A DNA stretch of 64,000 nt from Bacteroidaceae bacterium (GTDB taxonomy: Bacteria; Bacteroidota; Bacteroidia; Bacteroidales; Bacteroidaceae), in contig CAAGLA010000034.1 in the NCBI GenBank assembly GCA_900770655.1, positions 84,351 to 148,350 of the forward strand, given 5' to 3'. The position numbers were made by a program, and so were the translations under genes. The notes beneath the pieces are model-generated. The model was not told the origin of the DNA. It did no database searches and worked only from the letters and a program-made list of their open reading frames with translations. Each line of letters starts with the position of its first letter. Position 1 is the first letter of the stretch. This document shows positions 35,266 to 44,055 of the stretch, one piece after another.

Positions 35266-36322
35266 AAGTATAGACATATTTGAAGGCAAGAAATACCCGT
35301 TGGTAATAGCTGGTCCTTGCAGTGCCGAGAGCGAGCAGCAGGTTCTCTCTGTAGCATCGGCCTTAGCTGGAAAGGGAATAACCCTTTTCCGTGCCGGTAT
35401 ATGGAAACCACGTACAAGACCGGGCTGTTTCGAAGGTGTTGGCGAACGTGGGCTTGAATGGCTGAAGTTGGTTAAGCGCGAATTCGCGATGCCTGTTACT
35501 ACAGAGGTGGCAACTGCAAAGCACGTAGAACTTGCACTTTCGGCCGGTATTGATCTCCTGTGGGTAGGTGCACGCACAACAACAAATCCTTTTGCTGTGC
35601 AGGAAATAGCCGAAGCGTTGCGCGGTGTCGATATCCCCTTGCTTGTGAAGAACCCGGTGAACCCCGATATTGAGCTATGGATTGGTGCGCTCGAAAGGTT
35701 TTTGGGTGCTGGCGTTTCGCGTCTTGGCGTAATACACCGCGGTTTCTCTTCGTACGCCGAAAAATGTTTCCGCAATGCTCCGCAATGGCAGCTCCCGCTT
35801 GAACTGCGCAGGCGTTTGCCCGGGTTGCCTATGTTCTGCGACCCTAGCCACATTGCCGGAAAGCGCGAATTGGTGATGACACTCTCACAAACGGCAATGG
35901 ATTTGAACTTCGACGGTCTTATGATTGAAACACACTCTAACCCCGTATGCGCCCTTAGCGATTCGCGACAACAGGTAACCCCCGATGAACTGTTGCTGAT
36001 TCTCTCCCGTCTTGTACGTCGTCAAGCAGAATGTGACCCTGTGGAGCTTAATAAATACCGTAAACATATAGATGTAATAGATTCCGAAATAGTGAATTTG
36101 CTGTCGAGGCGTATGGAACTGTCACGCGAGATTGGCGAGGTTAAACGTGACAAAGGTGTTGCCGTATACCAACCATTCCGTTATAACGAAACTATTGAGG
36201 CGCTCAATAATTATTCGGCAAAGGGCGGTATTGCTCCCGACACTCTCAAAGCTATTTTCGAGATAATACATTCCGAGAGTATACGCCAGCAGTTGCGTAT
36301 AGTAAACAATGTTGAAGATTAA
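35255..36322 (+). CDS. Bifunctional 3-deoxy-7-phosphoheptulonate (DAHP) synthase / chorismate mutase
   Basis: Type I-beta DAHPS core (PLVIAGPCSAESEQQV, FRAGIWKPRTRP, CDPSH). The C-terminal type-II chorismate mutase segment is IDVIDSEIVNLLSRRMELSREIGEVK. ATG 35255 overlaps the tatD end by 11 nt. Confidence 0.88.
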   Translation: MDFKSIDIFEGKKYPLVIAGPCSAESEQQVLSVASALAGKGITLFRAGIWKPRTRPGCFEGVGERGLEWLKLVKREFAMPVTTEVATAKHVELALSAGIDLLWVGARTTTNPFAVQEIAEALRGVDIPLLVKNPVNPDIELWIGALERFLGAGVSRLGVIHRGFSSYAEKCFRNAPQWQLPLELRRRLPGLPMFCDPSHIAGKRELVMTLSQTAMDLNFDGLMIETHSNPVCALSDSRQQVTPDELLLILSRLVRRQAECDPVELNKYRKHIDVIDSEIVNLLSRRMELSREIGEVKRDKGVAVYQPFRYNETIEALNNYSAKGGIAPDTLKAIFEIIHSESIRQQLRIVNNVED

Positions 36323-37478
36323 TAAGATGTTTACACCTTTCCGGCACTTGCGACACATCTGCCTTTCTGCAGTAATGCTTTTGCTTGCTGTTGCGGGTAC
36401 GAATTCTTCGTGCAGCGGCAGAGGAGATGCTGTTGCCATAGAGGGTGATACCGTTTCTCTTTCTCACTCTTCGCTGTTGTCTATTGTAGATTGTGATGGG
36501 TATACTGTTGTGGATGTAAAGAACCCGTGGAGCAATGGTCTGCTGAACCGTTATATACTCCTGCCACGCGACAAGGAACAGCCACAAGGAATCCCCGAGG
36601 GGGAGGTGCTTGAAGTTCCTTTGCAGAATGTGGTGCTCTTTTCCGGTGTTCACGCCGGGTTGCTCGAAGAACTTGGTGCAATATCTGCTGTTAAGGGCGT
36701 GTGCGATGCGCAATACAATTATAACAGCTATATAAGGAATGGGCTTTCCTCTGGTACGGTAACCGACTGTGGCAGTTCTCTTGATGCCGATGTTGAAAGG
36801 ATAATAGATACTGCTCCCGAAGCTCTTTTTGTCCTGCCTTTTGAAAATGGCGGCTATGGTAAAATAGACAAATTGGGGATGCCTGTCGTGGAGTGTGCCG
36901 ACTATATGGAAACATCTCCGCTTGGTTGCGCGGAGTGGATTCGTTTCTATGGCCGTCTTTTTGGCTGTGAGACAGTCGCCGATTCTCTATTCTCAAAGAT
37001 ATGCAGCGACTATTCTGCATTGAAGGAACTTGCTTCGTCTGTAGAGACACGTCCTAAACTTATGTGCGAACTGTGGTACGGCTCTGCTTGGTATGTACCG
37101 GCAGGTGAAAGCACAACGGGGCAGATATATTCCGATGCCGGCGCCGACTACCTCTTTTCATCGTACCGTGGCAGCGGCTCTGTGCCTCTTGCCTTTGAAA
37201 CTGTGCTCTCTATGGCTGCCGATGCTGATATATGGCTCTTTAAATATAATTCACCTGTAGACAAAAGCAAGGATGTGATGCTGGCCGAATATCCCGGGTA
37301 TGCTCATTTCAAACCCTTTAAAGAGGGGAATATGTTTGCCTGCAATACTTCGAAAAAAAGAATTTTCGAAGAGACGGCATTTCACCCCGAAAGGCTTTTA
37401 AGGGAACTTGTCGCCATTTTTCATAGCGACCTTTTGCCACAATATAAACCTGTATATTATGAAAAAGTGTGCCAATAG
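36309..37478 (+). CDS. ABC-transporter periplasmic substrate-binding lipoprotein (Fe-siderophore/cobalamin, BtuF/FhuD-like class)
   Basis: Lipoprotein signal ...LLLAVAGTNSSC|SG (alternative start ATG 36327). ~380 aa, immediately followed by an overlapping FecCD-type permease gene. The class assignment comes mainly from that partner and from size. Confidence 0.65.
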   Translation: MLKINKMFTPFRHLRHICLSAVMLLLAVAGTNSSCSGRGDAVAIEGDTVSLSHSSLLSIVDCDGYTVVDVKNPWSNGLLNRYILLPRDKEQPQGIPEGEVLEVPLQNVVLFSGVHAGLLEELGAISAVKGVCDAQYNYNSYIRNGLSSGTVTDCGSSLDADVERIIDTAPEALFVLPFENGGYGKIDKLGMPVVECADYMETSPLGCAEWIRFYGRLFGCETVADSLFSKICSDYSALKELASSVETRPKLMCELWYGSAWYVPAGESTTGQIYSDAGADYLFSSYRGSGSVPLAFETVLSMAADADIWLFKYNSPVDKSKDVMLAEYPGYAHFKPFKEGNMFACNTSKKRIFEETAFHPERLLRELVAIFHSDLLPQYKPVYYEKVCQ

Positions 37479-38487
37479 ATATTTCCTGTTGCCATTGGTG
37501 CTTCTGTTGCTTCTGCTTCTGTTTGCAGCCAACATTTTCTTCGGCAGTGTGGATATTCCTTTTAATGAAACAATCTCTTTGCTTTGCGGAGGGGAGTGTG
37601 CAAACGGGGCTTGGCGTACAATTATTTTCGATGTCCGTTTGCCACAGGCTCTTACCGCACTTTTGGCCGGAGCCTCAATTTCCGTTGCCGGCCTTGTGCT
37701 GCAGACTCTTTTCGGCAACCCCCTTGCCGGTCCCGAAGTTCTTGGGGTAAACAGCGGAGCTGCGCTTGGCGTGGCTGTTGTTATGCTTCTCTCGGGCGGC
37801 TCGTTTGCTGTTGCATCGGTAAATGTATATGGTTACTTTGCGCTTCTCTTGGGCGCATTTGCGGGTGCGCTGGCAATAATGGGTGTAATGCTTCTGCTTT
37901 CTACGCTTCTTAGAAACAAAATCTTTCTTCTTATAGCAGGCGTGGCTGTCGGTTACATAACATCTTCGGCAATAGTATTGCTCAATTATTTCGCAAGTTC
38001 CGAAGGTGTCCAGTCCTATATGCTTTGGGGTATGGGCAGTTTCAGCTCTGTGTCAATGGAGCAGATGCCGCTTTTTGCATCGTTGCTGCTTGTGCTGCTG
38101 CTTGTTGCCCTGTTGCAGATGAAACCCCTGAATGCGCTTCTTTTGGGCGATGCCTACGCCCGCAATCTTGGCGTTGGAATATTGCGTGCAAGAGTAACAG
38201 CTCTTTGTGTTACAGGTCTTTTGACTGCTGTTGTTACAGCCTATTGTGGCCCGGTCTCTTTTATAGGCCTTGCAGTGCCTCATATTGCAAGAATCTCTTC
38301 TGGCAGCAACAGCCACAATCTCTTGCTCCCATATACAATGCTGCTTGGCGGTTGCGTGGCGCTTCTATGTAATGTGATATGTCATTTGCCGGGAGCCGGC
38401 GGTTTTTTGCCTTTGGGTGCAGTGACCTCACTCATAGGTGCTCCTGTCATAATATATGTCGTAATAAGGAACCGCTTGTCGCGGTAG
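37459..38487 (+). CDS. FecCD/BtuC-family iron-chelate/cobalamin ABC transporter permease
   Basis: ATG 37459 (MKKCANRYFLLPLVLLLL...). ~10 TM helices. Family-typical segments are RLPQALTALLAGASISVAGLVLQTLFGNPLAGPEVLGV and PLGAVTSLIGAPVIIYVV. Confidence 0.88.
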   Translation: MKKCANRYFLLPLVLLLLLLLFAANIFFGSVDIPFNETISLLCGGECANGAWRTIIFDVRLPQALTALLAGASISVAGLVLQTLFGNPLAGPEVLGVNSGAALGVAVVMLLSGGSFAVASVNVYGYFALLLGAFAGALAIMGVMLLLSTLLRNKIFLLIAGVAVGYITSSAIVLLNYFASSEGVQSYMLWGMGSFSSVSMEQMPLFASLLLVLLLVALLQMKPLNALLLGDAYARNLGVGILRARVTALCVTGLLTAVVTAYCGPVSFIGLAVPHIARISSGSNSHNLLLPYTMLLGGCVALLCNVICHLPGAGGFLPLGAVTSLIGAPVIIYVVIRNRLSR

Positions 38488-38563
38488 TTTTTTTCAAAAA
38501 TATCTTAAATTGTTCCAAAACTGATATTAAATTACGAGATGCGCTCTATTTTATGTTATTTTT

Positions 38564-38595
38564 TTTGCATAAAAATAAAAAAGAGAGTACTTTTG
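38564..38595 (+). promoter_or_regulatory. Candidate Bacteroidota promoter (-33 TTTG, 20-nt spacer, -7 TACTTTTG) for the ilv leader/operon
   Basis: TTTG at 38564-38567 and TACTTTTG at 38588-38595. The leader ATG lies 32 nt downstream. Confidence 0.5.
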
Positions 38596-38626
38596 TAAAA
38601 ACACAGACAAAAGATACAGTGCATAT

Positions 38627-38674
38627 ATGACACAGTCAATTATTGATAGCCGAATTATTATCCTCTTGCTTTAA
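38627..38674 (+). CDS. Candidate ilv leader peptide (15 aa: MTQSIIDSRIIILLL)
   Basis: The ATG-to-TAA mini-ORF contains 5 Ile and 3 Leu codons among 15, with a run of six (ATT ATT ATC CTC TTG CTT) at its end. It sits between a promoter-like box and an intrinsic terminator directly upstream of ilvD. Confidence 0.5.
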   Translation: MTQSIIDSRIIILLL

Positions 38675-38708
38675 AGAAGTGAGTTTGGCTGTGTTGTGTT
38701 TATGGGTT

Positions 38709-38738
38709 GCCTTTCTCGCTTAGAGAGGGGCTTTTTTT
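38709..38738 (+). terminator. Intrinsic terminator (candidate attenuator) immediately upstream of ilvD
   Basis: GCCTTTCTC-gctta-GAGAGGGGC (9-bp stem with two G-T pairs) followed by seven T residues. It ends 6 nt before the ilvD ATG. Confidence 0.6.
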
Positions 38739-38744
38739 GATATT

Positions 38745-40553
38745 ATGGATATGAAGATAAAATTAAGAAGTGCCCAATGTACCGAAGGCCGGCGTATGGC
38801 CGGTGCACGTGCATTGTGGATAGCTAACGGAATGAAACGCGAGATGTTCGGCAAGCCTATTGTGGCTATTGCCAACTCTTTTACACAGTTGGTTCCGGGG
38901 CATACCCACCTTCACGAAGCGGGGCAGATAGTCAAGGCCGAAATAGAGAAGTTGGGTTGCTACGCAGCCGAATTCAATACCATTGCCATAGACGACGGCA
39001 TTGCTATGGGACACGACGGAATGCTCTACTCCTTGCCTTCGCGCGATATCATAGCCGACAGCGTAGAGTATATGTGCAATGCTCACAAAGTCGATGCTCT
39101 GGTGTGCATATCGAACTGCGACAAGATAACACCGGGTATGCTTATGGCTGCAATGCGCCTGAATATACCTACGGTCTTCGTGTCGGGCGGCCCAATGGAA
39201 AAGGGTGAATGGAAAAATGAGAATCTCGACCTCGTAGTGGCTATGGTAAAAGCTGCCGATACCTCTGTGAGCGATGAGGAACTTGCCGAAATAGAGAAAC
39301 GCTCCTGCCCCGGTTGCGGTTGCTGCTCAGGTATGTTCACTGCAAACTCAATGAACTCGCTCACCGAAGCGATAGGTCTTTCTCTGCCGGGCAACGGAAC
39401 AATACTTTCTACTCACGTCAACCGTGTTGAACTGTTGAAGGCAGCAGCAAGGCAGGTGGTAGAGAATGCAATGAAGTATTATGGCGAAGGCGACACGTCG
39501 CTCCTTCCGCGAAGCATTGCAACGCGCGCGGCATTCCTCAATGCAATGACACTCGATATTGCAATGGGTGGCTCTACAAATACAATACTGCACCTGCTTG
39601 CCATAGCGCAGGAGGCCGGTGTAGATTTTAATATGAGCGATATTGATGCCCTCAGCCGTGTTGTTCCCTGTATATGCAAGCTTGCGCCGAATTCTGCACA
39701 GTATAGTATGCAGGATTGTGGCCGTGCGGGTGGAATATTGGGAATTATGGGTGAGCTCGCTAAAGGCGGCCTGCTCGATACGGGTGTGAAGCGTGTTACC
39801 GGCTCTACTCTTGCAGCAGACATTGAGCGTTATTCAATAACCAATGAAACTGTGGGGGCCGAAGCCAAGCGCATATATGGTACAGCTCCCGCAAATATCT
39901 TCTGCAACAGAATGGGTGCACAGGATGCTGTCTACGACGTTCTCGACACCGACCGCGAAACAGGGTGCATACGTTCACTGGAAAATGCATATACCCGCGA
40001 TGGAGGTCTTGCTGTACTCTATGGCAATATTGCTAAGGACGGTTGTGTTGTAAAGACAGCCGGTGTTGACGAGAGTATACTGCGTTTTACCGGCAAAGCC
40101 CGCGTCTTTGACTCTCAGGAGGCTGCTGTCGAGGGCATTCTTGGCGGTGCTGTTCAGGCAGGCGATGTGGTAGTGATAATATATGAAGGACCGAAAGGCG
40201 GTCCCGGAATGCAGGAGATGCTTTACCCGACCTCTTATATAAAGTCACGTCATCTTGGCAAGGAGTGTGCTCTTATCACCGACGGCCGTTTCAGTGGCGG
40301 AACATCGGGCTTGAGCATAGGTCACATATCGCCCGAGGCTGCTGCCGGCGGCAATATAGGTCGCCTTCGTGACGGCGATATAATTGAAATAGATATACCT
40401 TCGCGCACCATAAACGTGAAACTCACCGACGAAGAACTTGAGTCGCGTCCATTGTTCCCGTTGACCCGCGAACGTGTGGTTTCAAAGAGCCTTAGGGCAT
40501 ACGCCGGTATGGTAAGTTCGGCCGACAAGGGCGGAGTAAGAATTATAGATTGA
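38745..40553 (+). CDS. ilvD: Dihydroxy-acid dehydratase
   Basis: [14 protein letters not shown] near the N-terminus, CDKITPGM, and the Fe-S ligand region [18 protein letters not shown]. 602 aa (alternative ATG 38751). Confidence 0.95.
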   Translation: MDMKIKLRSAQCTEGRRMAGARALWIANGMKREMFGKPIVAIANSFTQLVPGHTHLHEAGQIVKAEIEKLGCYAAEFNTIAIDDGIAMGHDGMLYSLPSRDIIADSVEYMCNAHKVDALVCISNCDKITPGMLMAAMRLNIPTVFVSGGPMEKGEWKNENLDLVVAMVKAADTSVSDEELAEIEKRSCPGCGCCSGMFTANSMNSLTEAIGLSLPGNGTILSTHVNRVELLKAAARQVVENAMKYYGEGDTSLLPRSIATRAAFLNAMTLDIAMGGSTNTILHLLAIAQEAGVDFNMSDIDALSRVVPCICKLAPNSAQYSMQDCGRAGGILGIMGELAKGGLLDTGVKRVTGSTLAADIERYSITNETVGAEAKRIYGTAPANIFCNRMGAQDAVYDVLDTDRETGCIRSLENAYTRDGGLAVLYGNIAKDGCVVKTAGVDESILRFTGKARVFDSQEAAVEGILGGAVQAGDVVVIIYEGPKGGPGMQEMLYPTSYIKSRHLGKECALITDGRFSGGTSGLSIGHISPEAAAGGNIGRLRDGDIIEIDIPSRTINVKLTDEELESRPLFPLTRERVVSKSLRAYAGMVSSADKGGVRIID

Positions 40554-40564
40554 ATTATAGGACT

Positions 40565-42259
40565 ATGAATAAAGAAAAGATATCGGGTGCAGAGATACTG
40601 ATGCGGTCACTCATAAACGAAGGTGTTGAAACAATCTTCGGTTATCCGGGTGGCTCCATTATGCCGGTGTTTGATGCACTGTACGACCACGCCGAAGATT
40701 TCCACGGTGTTCTGGTGCGTCACGAACAAGGAGCAGTACACGCAGCGCAGGGGTATGCACGCAGTTCGGGCAAGGTCGGTGTCTGCATTGTAACCAGCGG
40801 TCCGGGTGCAACAAATACACTCACAGGCATCAGTGATGCCATACTCGACAGTACTCCGGTTGTGGTTATCGCAGGGCAGGTGAGCACAAGCGTGCTTGGT
40901 ACCGATGCATTCCAAGAGATTGATTTTGTGGGTATAACACAGCCTATTACCAAGTGGAGCTACCAGATACGTCGTCCCGAAGATATTCCGTGGGCTGTTG
41001 CCCGTGCATTCTACATTGCAGGTACAGGCCGTCCCGGCCCTGTTGTGCTCGACTTCAATAAAGATGCTCAAGTAGCGATGACTGAATATATACCTCAGGT
41101 GGTAGAGAGTGTACGTAGCTATATACCTTATCCAGCTCCCTGCAAAGAGGCTATTGCCCGTGCAGCGGAATTGATAAACCGCTCAGAACGTCCTTTTGTC
41201 CTTGTTGGGCAAGGAGTGGAATTGGGCGGTGCTACAGAGGAACTCAAAGAGTTTATAGAGAAGGCCGGAATTCCGGCTGCGCGTACAATGCTTGGCCTTT
41301 CGGCCCTCCCGAGTGACCACAGGCTCTGTGTAGGTATGCTTGGTATGCACGGCAATTACGGCCCGAATGTGAATACCAACGAGTGCGACCTGCTCATAGC
41401 TGTGGGTATGCGTTTCAGCGACCGTGTCACGGGAAATGTCAATACATACGCAAAACAGGCCACGATAATACATATAGATATAGACCAAGCCGAAATAAAC
41501 AAAAATATTAAGGTCGATGTTCCCATTGTAGGCGACTGTAAAGAGGTGTTGCCAATGCTCACTTCTCTTGTAGCTCCGGCATCGCATAGCGAGTGGTTGG
41601 AAAGTTTCTTCCGCTACAATGCCATAGAGGACGAAAAGGTGACAAAAAAGGCGCTGAATCCACTCGAAGGGCCTCTGCTTATGGGTGAGGTTGCCCGCAA
41701 GGTGAGCGAGGCAACCGGCAATAGTGCTATTCTTGTAACCGACGTGGGGCAGAACCAGCTGATGTCGAGCAGGTATTTCAAGTTTACGCTCCCTCGCAGC
41801 ATTCTCACATCGGGCGGTCTTGGCACAATGGGTTATGGCTTGCCTGCGGCTATTGGCGCGAAAATAGCAATGCCGCACCGCACAGTCTGTCTTTTTACAG
41901 GAGATGGCGGTTTCCAGATGAATATACAGGAATTGGGTACAATAATGGAGCAGGGTGTAGCTGTGAAGATGATACTTCTCAACAACAACTATCTTGGCAA
42001 TGTGCGCCAGTGGCAGGAGATGTTCTTCAACCACCGTTATTCGTGGACACCTATGCTTAACCCCGACTATTCACTCATTGCCGACGCCTATGGCATACCA
42101 TCGCGCCTTGTTACCGAACGCAGTGAAATAGACGATGCAATAAGAGAGATGCTCGCTGCCGAAACATCATTCCTGCTTCACGTTGCTGTTAAGGAGGAAG
42201 CAAATGTGATGCCAATGACACCGCCGGGAGCTACTGTGAGCGAAATGATATTTGAATAA
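40565..42259 (+). CDS. ilvB: Biosynthetic acetolactate synthase, large subunit
   Basis: ThDP enzyme with GAEILMRSLINEGVETIFGYPGG and the ThDP motif GDGGFQMNIQELGT...NNNYLG. ATG 40565 (the track TTG 40550 overlaps ilvD). Confidence 0.93.
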   Translation: MNKEKISGAEILMRSLINEGVETIFGYPGGSIMPVFDALYDHAEDFHGVLVRHEQGAVHAAQGYARSSGKVGVCIVTSGPGATNTLTGISDAILDSTPVVVIAGQVSTSVLGTDAFQEIDFVGITQPITKWSYQIRRPEDIPWAVARAFYIAGTGRPGPVVLDFNKDAQVAMTEYIPQVVESVRSYIPYPAPCKEAIARAAELINRSERPFVLVGQGVELGGATEELKEFIEKAGIPAARTMLGLSALPSDHRLCVGMLGMHGNYGPNVNTNECDLLIAVGMRFSDRVTGNVNTYAKQATIIHIDIDQAEINKNIKVDVPIVGDCKEVLPMLTSLVAPASHSEWLESFFRYNAIEDEKVTKKALNPLEGPLLMGEVARKVSEATGNSAILVTDVGQNQLMSSRYFKFTLPRSILTSGGLGTMGYGLPAAIGAKIAMPHRTVCLFTGDGGFQMNIQELGTIMEQGVAVKMILLNNNYLGNVRQWQEMFFNHRYSWTPMLNPDYSLIADAYGIPSRLVTERSEIDDAIREMLAAETSFLLHVAVKEEANVMPMTPPGATVSEMIFE

Positions 42260-42273
42260 ACTATTCCCCTGTT

Positions 42274-42822
42274 ATGGAAAAGAAACTATATACCATTATC
42301 ATATATACCGAAAATATAGCGGGTATGCTTAACCAAGTTACGGCGGAGTTTACACGTAGAATGATGAACATTGATACAATCACAGCCTCTTCTTCATCGG
42401 TAGAGGGAGTGCACCGCTATACAATATCGCTATGGGGCGAAGAGGATTCGGTGAACAAGGTAACCAAACGCATTGAAAAGAAGGTCGATGTAATAAAGGC
42501 AGATTACTACACCGACAACGAAATCTTCTTTCAGGAAGTTGCCCTTTACAAACTTTCAACAGCAAAGATGCTCGAAAATAGCGAAATATCGAGAATAATA
42601 CGTCATAGCAGTGCCCGTGTGATAGAGGTCAATTCCAACTATACGGTTGTGGAAAAGACCGGCTCTACAGATGTCGTTGTGAATCTTTATAACGAATTCG
42701 TTGCGCTGGGTTGTATCCTTCAGTTCGTGAAGTCGGGCAGAGTGGCGGTGCCACGGGCCTCAATAGAGAGCAACAGTGAAATGCTGTTTAACGAAGACTA
42801 TAAACGTAAACCAATAAAATAA
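42274..42822 (+). CDS. ilvN: Acetolactate synthase small (regulatory, ACT-domain) subunit
   Basis: N-terminal ACT domain (YTIIIYTENIAGMLNQVTAEFTRRMMNIDTI). 182 aa, positioned between ilvB and ilvC. Confidence 0.85.
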   Translation: MEKKLYTIIIYTENIAGMLNQVTAEFTRRMMNIDTITASSSSVEGVHRYTISLWGEEDSVNKVTKRIEKKVDVIKADYYTDNEIFFQEVALYKLSTAKMLENSEISRIIRHSSARVIEVNSNYTVVEKTGSTDVVVNLYNEFVALGCILQFVKSGRVAVPRASIESNSEMLFNEDYKRKPIK

Positions 42823-42831
42823 TGATATAAT

Positions 42832-43875
42832 ATGGCAGAAATGAATTTTGGCGGAGTAATTGAGAATGTTGTTACTCCAAATGAGTTTTCACTTGAAAAG
42901 GCTCGTGAAGTGCTTGCCGGTGAAACTATTGCAATACTGGGTTATGGTGTTCAGGGCCCCGGACAGGCCTGCAACCTGCGCGACAACGGTTTCAATGTAG
43001 TAGTAGGGCAGCGCGAAGGTGCTACATACGACAAGGCTGTAAAAGATGGCTGGGTACCGGGTGAGACACTCTTCTCGATAGAGGAGGCTGCTGCGAAAGG
43101 TACAATAGTGTGTATGTTGCTATCCGATGCAGCTCAGATTGCAGTTTGGCCTGTTGTCAGCAAGCACCTGACAGCAGGAAAGGCTCTCTATTTCTCTCAC
43201 GGTTTCGGTATAAACTGGAGCGACAGGACTGGTATTGTTCCTTCGGAAGATGTCGATGTAATAATGGTAGCCCCAAAAGGCTCCGGTACATCGCTTCGTA
43301 CAATGTTTCTTGAGGGCCGTGGCGTAAATGCCTCTTTTGCGGTGCACCACAATGCAACAGGCAAGGCTTTGGAGAGGGTTCTTGCACTTGGCATAGGTAT
43401 TGGCTCGGGCTATCTTTTCGAGACAACTTTCGAGCGTGAGGCAGTGTCGGATCTCACCGGTGAACGCGGTTCTCTTATGGGTGCCATTCAGGGTCTTTTT
43501 CTTGCCCAATACGAAGTGCTCCGCGAGAACGGGCACACTCCTTCTGAGGCTTTCAACGAAACTGTAGAGGAGTTGACACAGTCTCTAATGCCGCTCTTCT
43601 CGGCAAAAGGTATGGACTGGATGTATGCCAACTGTTCAACTACCGCACAGCGCGGAGCTCTCGACTGGATGACACCTTTCCACGATGCCATAAAGCCGGT
43701 GATGTACAAACTGTACGAATCGGTGAAGAGCGGTCAAGAGGCACAGATATCAATAGACTCAAACTCACAGCCCGATTACCGCGAGAAACTGAACGAAGAG
43801 CTACGTGCACTGCGCGAGAGCGAAATGTGGCGCACTGCTGAAGTTGTACGCAAATTGCGCCCCGAAAACAATTGA
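42832..43875 (+). CDS. ilvC: Ketol-acid reductoisomerase (class I)
   Basis: Rossmann motif ILGYGVQGPGQACNLRDNG, plus HGF and SHGF-type segments. 347 aa. Confidence 0.93.
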   Translation: MAEMNFGGVIENVVTPNEFSLEKAREVLAGETIAILGYGVQGPGQACNLRDNGFNVVVGQREGATYDKAVKDGWVPGETLFSIEEAAAKGTIVCMLLSDAAQIAVWPVVSKHLTAGKALYFSHGFGINWSDRTGIVPSEDVDVIMVAPKGSGTSLRTMFLEGRGVNASFAVHHNATGKALERVLALGIGIGSGYLFETTFEREAVSDLTGERGSLMGAIQGLFLAQYEVLRENGHTPSEAFNETVEELTQSLMPLFSAKGMDWMYANCSTTAQRGALDWMTPFHDAIKPVMYKLYESVKSGQEAQISIDSNSQPDYREKLNEELRALRESEMWRTAEVVRKLRPENN

Positions 43876-43950
43876 TTTGAAATTGGTTATAAACCAACGT
43901 GTTTGCAAGCGGGAAAAGGATACTGTTAATAAAAACCCGCAACTGATATC

Positions 43951-43997
43951 AAGAATAGGGAAAATCCTCCTTTTTTGTAGGATTTTTCCCTATTCTT
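43951..43997 (+). terminator. Rho-independent terminator of the ilv operon
   Basis: AAGAATAGGGAAAATCCT-ccttttttgt-AGGATTTTTCCCTATTCTT (18-bp stem with one bulged T) followed by ATTTTT. Confidence 0.75.
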
Positions 43998-44013
43998 ATT
44001 TTTAGTCCTTCTA

Positions 44014-44021
44014 TACTTTTG
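44014..44021 (+). promoter_or_regulatory. Candidate -7 promoter box (TACTTTTG) for the 44056-47006 gene pair
   Basis: Exact TAnnTTTG match 35 nt upstream of ATG 44056, just after the ilv terminator. Confidence 0.45.
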
Positions 44022-44055
44022 TAATGTGAAAGAGGATAAATAAATATTTACGACT

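Noticed and set aside
34981-35853. 290-aa minus-strand ORF antisense to the tatD/DAHP-synthase genes
   Set aside because: The Arg/Ser/Pro/Gly-rich translation is typical of the antisense frame of a coding region. The + strand genes carry unmistakable catalytic motifs. There is no independent promoter or terminator.
38379-38630. 83-aa + ORF spanning the end of the permease gene and the AT-rich ilv upstream region
   Set aside because: It overlaps the well-supported permease C-terminus out of frame and runs through promoter-like AT-rich sequence. Its translation is low-complexity.
41183-42034. 283-aa minus-strand ORF antisense to ilvB (also 40607-41071 and 39479-39823 opposite ilvB/ilvD)
   Set aside because: These are shadow ORFs within highly conserved biosynthetic genes, with His/Cys/Arg-rich nonsense composition.
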